64,000 bases of DNA from Bigelowiella natans CCMP2755 (Eukaryota; Protista; Cercozoa): contig ADNK01000255.1 of the NCBI GenBank assembly GCA_000320545.1, forward strand, positions 55,480 to 119,479, read 5' to 3'. Numbering within the stretch: the stretch's first letter is position 1; each line of letters begins with the position of its first letter. This document shows, piece by piece, positions 26,909 through 42,344 of this stretch. Made by a program: the position numbers and the translations under genes. The notes under the pieces were generated by a model. That model was not told the DNA's origin, ran no database searches, and was given only the letters and a program-made list of their open reading frames with translations.

Positions 26909-28724
26909 GGATTTAGAGAGCGGTGGCTAGACTGCCATACATATGCGAACTTAAAAAAACAACATCCAGTCATATCAAGTCTTCGGCGGCTACTGTTACT
27001 TAGATCTCGACCGTCGGCAATATATATTTTTCCACATTAAAAGTAGTACATAGTGGTACAATCCAGTCTTCTGTAAAAATGAATCATTTTATTCAATTAT
27101 AAAAGCAAATATGAGCAGGAAATAACATAAATCATGGACAGCTTGATAGTTGTGCATACGTCTACACTAAACTACATTGTTACTACATCGATGAAGAACC
27201 CAGTAAGGAGCTGTCTTCTTAGAATGTAAGTTTTGAAGCATTTAATTTAAATCAAAGATTATGTAATTCGTACAGCTGAAACATATATGCTCTGATTCCT
27301 CATATGTCAATGTTAAACATCATACTCACATGTGTGTACATGTGATGCATGCAGCTACGCGGATTAAAACATGATCCTAATGGCTATGCATGTGCGATGA
27401 ACTGTAGAATATTGCGCGGACACGTACGTGTGGTAAAATTGTCAACATCACATGCGCAGTTGTTCTAGCTACGATGCGCATCTGGGCCATGTACAGTGTA
27501 AGACGGATGTAATAATGAATTATAGAATCAATTAAATTTGTTCAATGTGGTAGTCATCCTCATGTAGCTAGCTAGCTAGCTGTGCAATGCAGCGGCTACA
27601 GCGTGTGCACGCTATCTGCAATGCTGTCGCTTGTACTTGTGCTAGCAGTTCACAGGTGTTGCTAGGCTTGCACGTGTAGACATTTTTGTGCGAATATTGA
27701 TCATGGATCAATGCATGCATCTACATTGCATTCGGCGTATAGCGTGCACACGTACTGTTGTGCATCATCTAATGACCAAATTTGTGCATTTGGCGTTCTA
27801 CTAGTGTAGCTAGCTAGCATACTAGCTAGATAGCTAGATCGAGTGTGTTGAGTCCGTGCATTTGTATATTTGTTTGCGTGCATGAAGGCAATGCAATGCG
27901 ATGAAAGTACACAATCCATGTGCAAGCAGAAATGGCTCTGATGTATTGACTACGCTAGCACAGAGTGCAACGTGCACTGCAGAGCCAACGTGTGTGACAC
28001 AGTGACACAGCTACTGTGCTTAGCTAGTTATAGTTAGTGCGCCAAGTTGCATTGCGACAGGACCGCTGTGTACAGTGCGGGCTAGCAGGGCATCGCTGTG
28101 TAGATCTGTCCGCAACAATGTCGTCCGCATGAGATTGTGTGCACTGATGGACTGTGTCCATGTGCATCAGGATACATGCACAAGCAGCAAAATGTCATTT
28201 GCCAATTTTTTTTGGTTCAGGTGGTGCATTCTGGAATTGACCACTGCATGTGGGCGAGAACATGAACCAAAATGCAATGCACTAAACAGGGTTCATTTGA
28301 TCGTCAACTTTGCGCTGCATTCTTGCGTCATCACGGTGGACACACATGATGTGCATGCCTACAGACTTGTGTGCCTAGTGCCTGCGTGTGCGCCAATGCG
28401 ATTGTCGATGTCCGTGCGAGATGCGATGCGATCGACACGCCCACGCACACAGACGCATGTCCACATCGACGCTAGTGAGGATCTGTTCAAGATCAGAGAT
28501 GTGCCCAGTAGAAGATTGCCTCATTGGGGATTCAACAGGAACAGGTGAACAATGCCGAGAGCTAGCATAGAGAAGACATTAGATCCCATGAAAGTCGAAG
28601 GGGTTCAATCCCATGAAAAGATCCAAAAACACCCTGAAACCCACTAGAGCAGATAACAATAAGCTGCACATGATGAGCACAACGCATTAGTTGTGATACA
28701 CATTACATGTGTAGCGACGATGAC

Positions 28725-28730
28725 AAAAAA
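28725..28730 (-). terminator. T6 run directly after the last tRNA of cassette A (Pol III-type terminator)
   Basis: Minus strand reads ...GTGCCCCC TTTTTT. It is the only run of 4 or more T in the cassette's transcribed strand. Confidence 0.7.
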
Positions 28731-28801
28731 GGGGGCACCGTGGAATCGAACCACGGTCTCTACCGTCCAAAGGTAGGATACTACCACTATACTAGTGCCC
28801 C
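28731..28801 (-). tRNA. trnP-UGG: tRNA-Pro(UGG), atypical (A37), cassette A
   Basis: GGGGCAC TA GTAT AGTGGTA GTAT C CTACC TT TGG AC GGTAG AGAC CGTGG TTCGATT CCACG GTGCCCC C; full cloverleaf. Confidence 0.88.
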
Positions 28802-28816
28802 TATCGAGCTATCGAG

Positions 28817-28890
28817 CGCCACCGTTCGGATTTGAACCGAAATCTTTGCCCTTACAAGGGGCATGCTCTTGCCAATTAAGCTACAATGGC
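28817..28890 (-). tRNA. trnT-UGU: tRNA-Thr(UGU), cassette A
   Basis: GCCATTG TA GCTT..GAGC A TGCCC CT TGT AA GGGCA AAGAT TTCGG TTCAAAT CCGAA CGGTGGC G. Confidence 0.9.
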
Positions 28891-28895
28891 GTATG

Positions 28896-28969
28896 AAGAA
28901 ACGATAGGACTCGAACCTATAACCTTCGGGATTGTAATCCGATGCTCTGACCAATTGAGCTACATTTCC
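28896..28969 (-). tRNA. tRNA with ACA anticodon (nominally Cys), U73, A31.C39 mismatch, cassette A
   Basis: GGAAATG TA GCTC AATTGGTCA GAGC A TCGGA TT ACA AT CCCGA AGGTT ATAGG TTCGAGT CCTAT CGTTTCT T. Confidence 0.75.
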
Positions 28970-28976
28970 GAACAGA

Positions 28977-29047
28977 GGGGGCACCGTGGAATCGAACCAC
29001 GGTCTCTACCATCCTAAGGTAGGATACTACCACTATACTAGTGCCCC
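28977..29047 (-). tRNA. trnP-AGG: tRNA-Pro(AGG), atypical (A37), cassette A
   Basis: Same body as Pro(UGG); anticodon loop TT AGG AT. Confidence 0.88.
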
Positions 29048-29050
29048 ATC

Positions 29051-29123
29051 TTGCGATGAATGGATTCGAACCATTAACCTTCGGGATATGAGCCCGACGC
29101 GCTTCCAATTGCGCCACATCGCA
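29051..29123 (-). tRNA. trnM-CAU: Initiator-like tRNA-Met(CAU) of bacterial/organellar style, cassette A
   Basis: TGCGATG TG GCGC AATTGGAA GCGC G TCGGG CT CAT AT CCCGA AGGTT AATGG TTCGAAT CCATT CATCGCA A. Has three G-C pairs in the anticodon stem, U1-A72 and a TTC T-loop. Confidence 0.9.
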
Positions 29124-29285
29124 CTGAATCGTGTTTCTCTTGCAAAGTGTGGAGCTTTCTCCGCACTCCCATCCCTCACTCTGGAAGCGTGAAAGCTTCC
29201 TCACGCATGGAGTATGAGTTTCCCAGAAAGTTCAAGGATCAAACTTAGAATGGACTGAGTTGCGACAACCTTTATCCATGTCGCA
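29124..29285 (-). promoter_or_regulatory. Conserved 5' leader/upstream element of tRNA cassette A (homologous to 48416-48576)
   Basis: Shared hairpin GTGTGGAG-CTTT-CTCCGCAC (29147-29166), a 37-nt box (29207-29243) identical at 36/37 to 48498-48534, and a CGACAACCTTT..ATGTCGCA element. Confidence 0.65.
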
Positions 29286-29504
29286 ATGAATTTAAGGCCT
29301 GTGATGCATTCCGATAGATCTACGAGTAATATTCACGATTGCAATGGATCGAACGTAGGCCATTCACAGGGTGAAATGACGGAATGATGTTGTCGCAGAG
29401 CAAAATTAGAGTAAGAAAAAAGCAGGAGATTTAAGAGCACACCAAACGCTTCCTGGAAGTTTCATCTGGGGCACAGGGGGGGTTGGGGAACCCTCCTGTT
29501 TATT

Positions 29505-31598
29505 ATGTACACTGCAGAGGGTTGGATCATTTCCGACAGGTAATGACAATGGCAAAGTGATATTGCCTTCTGTGAAGTCAAACAAAAATCCAGCTTGCTA
29601 CCCACTCTGATTGCTCCGCTCGTGTGTGTGTTGATGTTAATGTAGTGTGAAGCTGTTCGTCGTAGGCGTGATCAGCGGAATATGCTTTCTGGAATTACAC
29701 CAATATCCTTTGTATATGGTCGAAACTTAGATGATGAATTTTGATTTTCATTTGAGTTCCAAGAGTCTATTATGCTGTACTGCCTCTGCTCTCCTCTTCG
29801 CTTTCTCCTCACCCACTTCTATGGTCTTCGGAATTGTCGTTCAACGTGAGTGATGCTATATCGCTTTGTATATAGAAAGGAAAGCGCACTCTTCATTGGC
29901 TCAATTTCTTCTGCGGATGCACACTAATTGCGATGCTCATAAATATCCACGGGTTGTGATAGAAGGCTAACACAACTGTAACTAGGATGTAGCTGTAACT
30001 AGGATGTAGCAGTTGCAGTGCTTTTCATACCGATATCATTGCAGAAAACATACGTTTTGAATTAATTCAGACTACTGGGTATGGGCTGGCAATCGTTTCT
30101 CGTATTTTCAGATCTCGCAGTCATTTTGTTGTCGCTTGAAGGGCTCTATATCACGTAGAGATACCACACACACACACACACACGGACAGAAAACAAGCTA
30201 TGTTAAAGACATAGACATCTGCTCATAAAAACCATTAAAAAAATTTGTGGTGTATATGTGTCGATAATTGTTTTTGTGTATGTGGTTAATAGTGTGCGTG
30301 TACCCTTCCCGGATGTGTAATCTTTCTTTCGTTGTTCCCCCCCCCTCTTCGCTTACCTACAGATATCTCATCCTGACAACGCTACTCGTATCTAGCGTTC
30401 TTCTTCGACTACGCGGAAGCAGGGATATACTCCCAAATGAGAAATCTATTAATATAATGTAGGACGTTATTATGCTATTTCCCTTGTCAAAAGAACCTCT
30501 CATAAGTAGTATAGGAGTGGAGAAAGGAACGAATGATTCATGAACTTATTATTCTAACCAGGTACATATCCGCTACAGCCATCTTCTTAGTCTGCCATGT
30601 TCTCAGCGTCACTATGACCCTCGTCAAGGACGACTATCGTTGGTCTTCGATTCGTCATATTGCAACAGTCGTGCTGCTCATCTTCACAGCAATGACGAAT
30701 TCACTTCTCGTGCTCCAAATCAAGAAAATACTCTCAGGGAGAAGTGTGGCGATGGAAGGTCAGCAAGGAGGGGGTTGTAGAATGACGAGAAAGTATATAT
30801 TATCAGGCACCTCATACAAATGTTGCTGCTGCTGCTGCTCCTGCTGTGTAGTTATAAATTGAGATGTTTTGAAGATGAAAGGGAAGAGAGTGTTTTATGC
30901 CGGAATGTTTCTCATATACCATCCTTTACATTCTGTTCTAGAAGTATGAGCACACCTCCCTCCTATCTGTGCTGCTGCTATCAGGAAAGGCATCAGACTC
31001 GGACGATGAGAGTGAAGACACAATGGTGGTTGACACCGAGAAGGCCATTCAGAAACGTCTTAACATTCTGCTCTGCATCTATATTCCTGTAAGGCTCGAG
31101 CACAAAAAACGCAAGTGATGCGAAATGATGGTGTTGGCGAGGTTCATAAGCATGGAAATATCTGTTGGACACACACAAACAGAAATCTGTATACAGAGTA
31201 TATAGAGTTTCTCTTTGTTTCTTACATCTACGAAACACGGAACTGATTTGTGCTGCACGCAAACATATAAGTTACGTTGTCATCCCCACAGATTTCCCTC
31301 CTCGGCACCATGTCTGGTGTCATTCTGCTCTACGATGCGGTAAATCAAAGCACCGATGACCTTCATTATCGAAATTAGTTGAAGCCTTTTAGGACTCTTT
31401 CCATCATCCTTGCAGCTTGTTGGAAAACTTTCAATCCCAGAGAGGATGCCTTCACACCATTGCTGCCCTTGATGATGTATAATAGGTTGCTGAGGATGAA
31501 AGATACAGCAGCGTCATTGTTAGTGCAAACGCCCAATATTCCCCTCTCTACGACTTCGTAGGGTGAGATGTTGGAGATACAAAAAAGGATATTAAATA

Positions 31599-31644
<46 letters not shown>

Positions 31645-31901
31645 TATGAGAGCACGTCGGAAAATGTTACATCATGACTGCATCACCTTGCAGCACTTTT
31701 TCATCTTCAATGTTATCCGTTATCAAATAGGTTCTGGAGTTTAATCTTTACGTACGCATTCTTCGTTTACTACTCGTACATACCCATCCAACTATCAACT
31801 TCAACTCCGCTTTGCTGCTGCTGCTACGCGCGGCGAGGACAATACATATCGGATTCACATAGGAATTCATCCTCCTCCGCATCTTCTTGGGTATACTATG
31901 A
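29505..31901 (+). CDS. Multi-exon multi-pass membrane protein, possibly 7TM/GPCR-like; ends approximate
   Basis: A series of GT-AG exons with hydrophobic helices: LFVVGVISGICFLEL, HWLNFFCGCTLIAMLINIHG, WQSFLVFSDLAVILLSLEGLYIT, YISATAIFLVCHVLSVTMTLV..IATVVLLIFTAMTNSLLVLQIKK, KRLNILLCIYIP|ISLLGTMSGVILLY. No family motif recognised. Confidence 0.6.
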
Positions 31902-32024
31902 TGGAGAACTAGGTAGTACTGACTTACAAGTTAAGTGGCAGTCGCAGAGCATTGACCCATTTAGTTCTGAAGGCGTTTCGGGTATGCAATCCTAAAGTGA
32001 CAAGAACAACTGATATTGCAAGAG

Positions 32025-32062
<38 letters not shown>

Positions 32063-32884
32063 CTAGGCGACATGCATGGATGTAGATGTAGTCTGGTATC
32101 ATTGCGATGCGCATCAAAATGGTTATCTCTCCCAAGTAGGCCTACTTGCCTAGCTAGCTAGAGCCCTAGAGCTGAAGACAACATTCAACAACTTAATTTA
32201 ACACGTGCTACCGTGCACAACACTAGCTCTGGAGCTCTTGTCGTACTAGCGTACGTGGATGGTAGGAATTTCAGCACAACAATGCATGTCTAGATCAATA
32301 GTAAATGAATTGCTAGATTGGCTACGTACGTACGCGCTACGTATATACGCGTGCACGCATGGTCATACGCACATGCAGTTATTATATATAATAGACATAT
32401 TACGTACATTCTATAGCATATGTGCTGTAGCTGCAGCATTGCAAAAGCTACCTTAATAGGATGACGACAATTGAAAATTTTTATACATAAATAGCATGTC
32501 CATTACATCTCATATACATGCAGAAGTGTTCGACTTTCATGCAATTAAGTATATTATCATCATTAGTCGCACGTGGTATGTCATCGCGCGCCGGTCACAC
32601 ATGCACGTGCTCACTAGCTCATCAAACCGATGAAACATACGATTGCTTGCTGTGCTCCTATGATATCTAGATGTACGTCGTAGCCGAATACAAAGTCGAT
32701 GGAACAGCATCCCACATTATTAGCCTATAGCATTGTATGAGATAATAATGTATAACAATAGCAAGTCGTCATCATCATCACTTTTTATTTCACCATGCTG
32801 TATGTGGATGAGCGATTCGGCATCGTCATAATATCCCCACAGTCTGCGCTCGGCGGGCCTTTAATCGATGCTGCGACTATGAGG

Positions 32885-37615
<4,731 letters not shown>

Positions 37616-38323
37616 CTCTCTGAGTTGAAAAGAATTGTTTGACAAAGACAATCTACTGTGATGTGAAAGGAAGTCTCTCATTTATTTGCCCAAAATGGAT
37701 CTCCGTTAAATGTACAAGTTCGTATTGAATATCTCCATTCGCGTAACTAGTTCGAAATGGCTTCACAGAGGGGGGGTTGAACCGTTTGCGTGAGAAAATC
37801 GAATTATTGTACAAATACCAACAGCAAATCGGCAACTACGACATCAAAATTCAAGCGATTTTAATAGTAAAATGAACGGCTTCCCCCACACCTTCTGGTG
37901 GCAAAAGTAGGGTTCCAGAAGTGATTAGCTGGATTACCGTTTTTCCCAGCGAATAGCTGATCTCCAATAATCTCTGGAATCATGATCATGCTGTGCGTGC
38001 TCCTGGATACATCAATTACAATGCTGCGACAATCTCCTTTGCTCATATTTTTGTGAAAGAAGAGGGATTTTAGGCAACTACGAGTGGGTCACGAATTAGG
38101 TAGCGGTTTGCCTCCGTAGTCCACCCAACAAACGAATTACCTAAAGAGCATCTTGAACTTATTTCTTCGGCTTTCCGCGGGTCTGAGTTGGTAGTGAGCA
38201 AAAACTGCTTGCTCCACACCAACATTTTCGCGCCATGGGTTTCAGGCGTCATTCCCAGATGTTTCCGGTGCATATTTTGATCTAGATTCCGAGCATTTTC
38301 ACACTTTCCAAAGGCTTTCCACT

Positions 38324-39639
38324 ATGGCTTCTCTTGCTAGGAAGTTCATCAGTAACGTCCCCCCCCCCCCCCCCCTTCTTCCCCTCCCTCGTGTTGTTCA
38401 TATTGATGAACACTATCCATCGAAATTTCCTTTTAGTACGGGGAGGGTGGAGGTCGTTACCTTTGACGTAGAAATGGTGAAGAAATGCTGCATGGGGGGG
38501 GGGGGGGGGTTGAAGTGCTTTTCGCCTCTATGTCCGTTCCAACTGCTCCTACCCCAATCTGGGGGGGGGTTCATTTCTTTGATTGGTGGCCTCACATTAT
38601 TAAGGTTAGTGACAAATGCATTCTTATTACATGGTGTTTGGCAGGCTCCATCAACAACCCAAAGACGGGGATTAGGACTGTGCACTTCTGGGGGCCGGTA
38701 TGCATTGATCACTATCACTTATTAGGCGGTGGGGGAGGATGGGAAAGAGATGTGCGAGGCTAAATATACGTACCATTGGCAATTGTTAGGTTGCAAACTG
38801 GGGCCTAGTTGTAGCCGCTGTTTCCGATGCCTTCAACAAGGGACCCGAGGTCTGCTGACAGCATAAGATGATGATCGATCATGATGATGATGATGATGAT
38901 AATGATAATGATGATGATGTCAATGCGTAGGTACACCTTGCTAATTAAATCGGATACTATTTCGGGGTTCTATTACGTATACGCGCGTGTGTATGTGTGT
39001 GTGTATGTGTATGTTTATATGTGTGTGTTGTGTGCTGACAGGTGATCTCGGTGCCGATGACCTCCTCCCTGTGCATATACTCGGCGCTCTTCATGAGATT
39101 TGCGTGGCTGGTGCAGGTGCGTGTGCACGAAGAATTAGGGGAAATAGAGGCGATGAGGACATGGCACACAGCAATAGCCATAATAAATGCGTCCTGTCGT
39201 ATCAAAGCACAGATGATGTCGTGAACGTCTTCTTATCAAAGTATGTGAGTTCGGAAAGAATCTGACCCTCCCCTCGATGTCATGTGATGTGTCAAACGAT
39301 GTTCAGCCCAGAAACTATCTACTTTTCGCCTGCCATTTCTTCAACGAAGGAGCCCAGGTCAGACACTGGTGTTGTTGCAGTATTACCTACCAATGGCCAA
39401 ACGACACCTTTGTTGTTGTGTGGCCCCCCCCCCCCCCCCCCCCCCCTCTCTCTCTCTCTCTCACTTTCATTGTCTCCATCATCATCATCAGCAGCAGCAG
39501 CATCATCCCATCATCCTTGTAGGATTTATTTATTCACCAACAAGTCTATCCATAAAAGATGATTAGTTTAAAATATGATCCTCCCTCTTTTGTGCTTGCT
39601 TGCTGTGTTCTACTGCTGCTGCTTCTGCATTATTATTAT

Positions 39640-39675
<36 letters not shown>

Positions 39676-40310
39676 CATCGATGTAGCTTACGCAGCTGTA
39701 CCGAGGTATGAAGTACGAGGCGGAGCAAAAGGTATATACACAACTTCGATGTGTGTGTTGAGGCGTCAGAGGGATGTTGTATCTATCTATTTTTTTGTAT
39801 TCGTTCATTATATTGTGAGGGAATAGTAATCTATCATTCTTCCCTGTATGCACGAAAAGCTCAAACATCACGAGGAGTGTGCACATTTTTTGATTTTTAA
39901 GGCTCTACAAGAAGCACGTGAAGCTAATGAACCGTCTTCAAAACCGTCTTCTTCGTCAGCATCTGTGAGTTTGAGAATAATGCTGCTACTGCTGCTGCTC
40001 GTAGTAATGATGATCAAAATGAAAATGATGATAAGTTAAAAATGCTGTCCATTCACAAACACACACACACACACACACACAACGTTTAAAACATTTATAT
40101 AGCTAACGCTAACACAATATGCAGGATATTGGACAGCAGGTGGCTTTTCTGTCTCCCATTGGGCAATCCCTACAGGTATGGATGAATCAAAGAGGAGAGA
40201 GAGAGAGAGAATCCACCTTTCGAGTTTGTTTTCTTTCACTTGCAGCAGCCACAGTCATCACCACAGCGTTTCTTCTACGTTCAACACACGGATACAGCTA
40301 ATATTTGTAT

Positions 40311-40372
<62 letters not shown>

Positions 40373-40762
40373 TTGGCATGTTTCCTCCTCCCCCCTTTCT
40401 CCAGAGTGCTGCAATGAGATTGCCATTACCAGAAGGGGTCAGTCGATAAATATTGCACTACTACTAATTAGTCTGGCACTTGCTTGTAGTAAAGACAATA
40501 GAAGAAGAAGATGTTGAAGATGAGAGCAGGAATAACCAAATGATGTCAAGGAAATCGACGATGACTTCAGCAAACCTTATCTTGCTTTTTGATGCTGCTG
40601 CTATGAACGTATAATATACTCCACTTCCATCCGTCCTCATCATCGTCATCGTCCTCACCTACACGAAACACCACCTCAGGCCAAAGCATTCCTTGCACAT
40701 CCTGCAGGCCCCTTCACAATTCACTTCTGGGCCCCAACATGGAAGGTAGTACTTGCAACCCA

Positions 40763-40799
<37 letters not shown>

Positions 40800-40859
40800 C
40801 CACCCCAGAGAAGATAGGACAACGCCATTGTCTAAATGCTTCATATTCCAACGTTGATA

Positions 40860-40893
<34 letters not shown>

Positions 40894-40955
40894 CGGTGGT
40901 GGTGGTGGTAGTAGTAGAGGTAGTAGCCGAATCTGGCATCTTTGTGGGGAGAACG

Positions 40956-40995
<40 letters not shown>

Positions 40996-41048
40996 TAAAT
41001 TCTTGTAACGAATGTCGCTTATCCCCCCTGATCCAATTTGAGCGCTCA

Positions 41049-41084
<36 letters not shown>

Positions 41085-42193
41085 GGATGTTGTCGATATC
41101 GAACCTGATGGACTATGACAGGCCTGTGGATAAGGTGTGTATGCTCCTCTTACCAATACTACTGCTTTATATGTATCAGAATATGCTCTTTCCCTATCTC
41201 CCTCTCTCCCTCTCTCCCTTTTTCCTTCCTTATGTATTCGCATATGTGCGTGTGTGCGAGTCTTTCTTGTTGCTGTCTTCTTCTTCGGCCTCCTCCGTTT
41301 ATCTCCTCCGCCCCCCCCCCCTCTTTCTCATTCTCTTTCAGGTGAGTACTATGCAGCAGTCGGCTCTTTGCGCTACAGGGTTCATCTGGTCAAGGTAGTA
41401 GATGGTAGAAGTAGTAGTAAGATAGTAGGTCCTTCCTTGATACAACATCAAACGTACATAGCAGTTTGAACAAGAGCGCTTCTGTCTCTGTCTGCTGTAT
41501 CTTTGTGTAAGTGTGTATGGTGTATTTGATCCCGTGCAAAGACCGTAAACTGTACTTATGCCATCAGCTGTGCGGGGATCTATTCTCATAATCGTCACCA
41601 TCATCATCATCATCTTCCTCCTCCTCCTCCTCCTCCTCCTCCTCCTCCCCCTCCTTTACATAGGTACTCTCTGGTGATTGTTCCCGTGAATTACAACCTC
41701 TTTGCTGTGAATATCAGGTAGGGGGAGGAAAAGTGATGTGTATGCGTGTTTGAGAGAGAGCGAGAGGGGAGGAGGAGGAGGAGGAGGAGGAGGAGGAGGA
41801 GAGAATAGCTCCTCAATCGTAGAATAAATCAACAATTTCACCTTTCCTATAATATGACAACGGTTTGAAAATACGGATGATTTTAGTCGCGCGACGGGGC
41901 TCTGGAGATTATTATCTCCAGTAGCTCCTTCGTAGGAGTGATGTTCTATACTCTGTTTTGAATGCGTGTTCTCATACATTACTTTTCTAATATTCTCAAT
42001 GTGAGAGTTGTGTATGTTTGTACGTGTGAGAGATATATACAACATATACCACACACGTACATGCGTGACGATGATCTGTATTATTTCATCATCAGCTTGG
42101 CTGTTACTGGCACTTACCATCTTACACGAAAGGTAATCGCTGCGTAGTACGATATATGTCTATTTCCTGCTACTTGCTTCTCTCCCATTTATT

Positions 42194-42244
<51 letters not shown>

Positions 42245-42344
42245 GCGTGTAGTTACACACTTATTTTACCAACAATCTCTCCATCATTTATAGCTTTATC
42301 ACGATTTCGGCAAGAAGAAGGAGAAGAAGGAGGGGGAAGAGTAA
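38324..42344 (+). CDS. MPC1/MPC2: Mitochondrial pyruvate carrier: MPC1-like and MPC2-like units in tandem, apparently one gene
   Basis: Unit 1: TVHFWGP|VANWGLVVAAVSDAFNKGPE|VISVPMTSSLCIYSALFMRFAWLVQ|PRNYLLFACHFFNEGAQ. Unit 2: AFLAHPAGPFTIHFWAPTWK|WMLSISNLMDYDRPVDK|VSTMQQSALCATGFIWSR|YSLVIVPVNYNLFAVNI. Stop TAA at 42342-42344. Confidence 0.88.

Noticed and set aside
28075-28548. 157-aa ORF, and the similar 173-aa ORF at 47083-47604, next to the tRNA cassettes
   Set aside because: The Cys/His/Met/Ala-rich composition is what TG/CA-rich spacer DNA produces. No convincing alignment between the two or to known proteins.
28731-29123. tRNA arrays as a simple mitochondrial or plastid insertion (NUMT/NUPT)
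   Set aside because: AGG, AGA and ACA anticodons and the T-run ends are not organellar features, and no flanking organellar genes are present. Not formally excluded without the organelle genomes.
28917-29204. ORFs overlapping the tRNA arrays (also 47700-48026)
   Set aside because: They are incidental translations of tRNA genes.
29500-29545. Possible zinc knuckle (YVHCRGLDH) upstream of cassette A
   Set aside because: Better explained as exon 1 (MYTAEGWIISD) of the membrane-protein gene.
29976-30012. 17-bp tandem duplication TGTAACTAGGATGTAGC as a CRISPR-like repeat
   Set aside because: Only two adjacent copies with no spacers, inside an intron. No CRISPR array is seen anywhere in the window.
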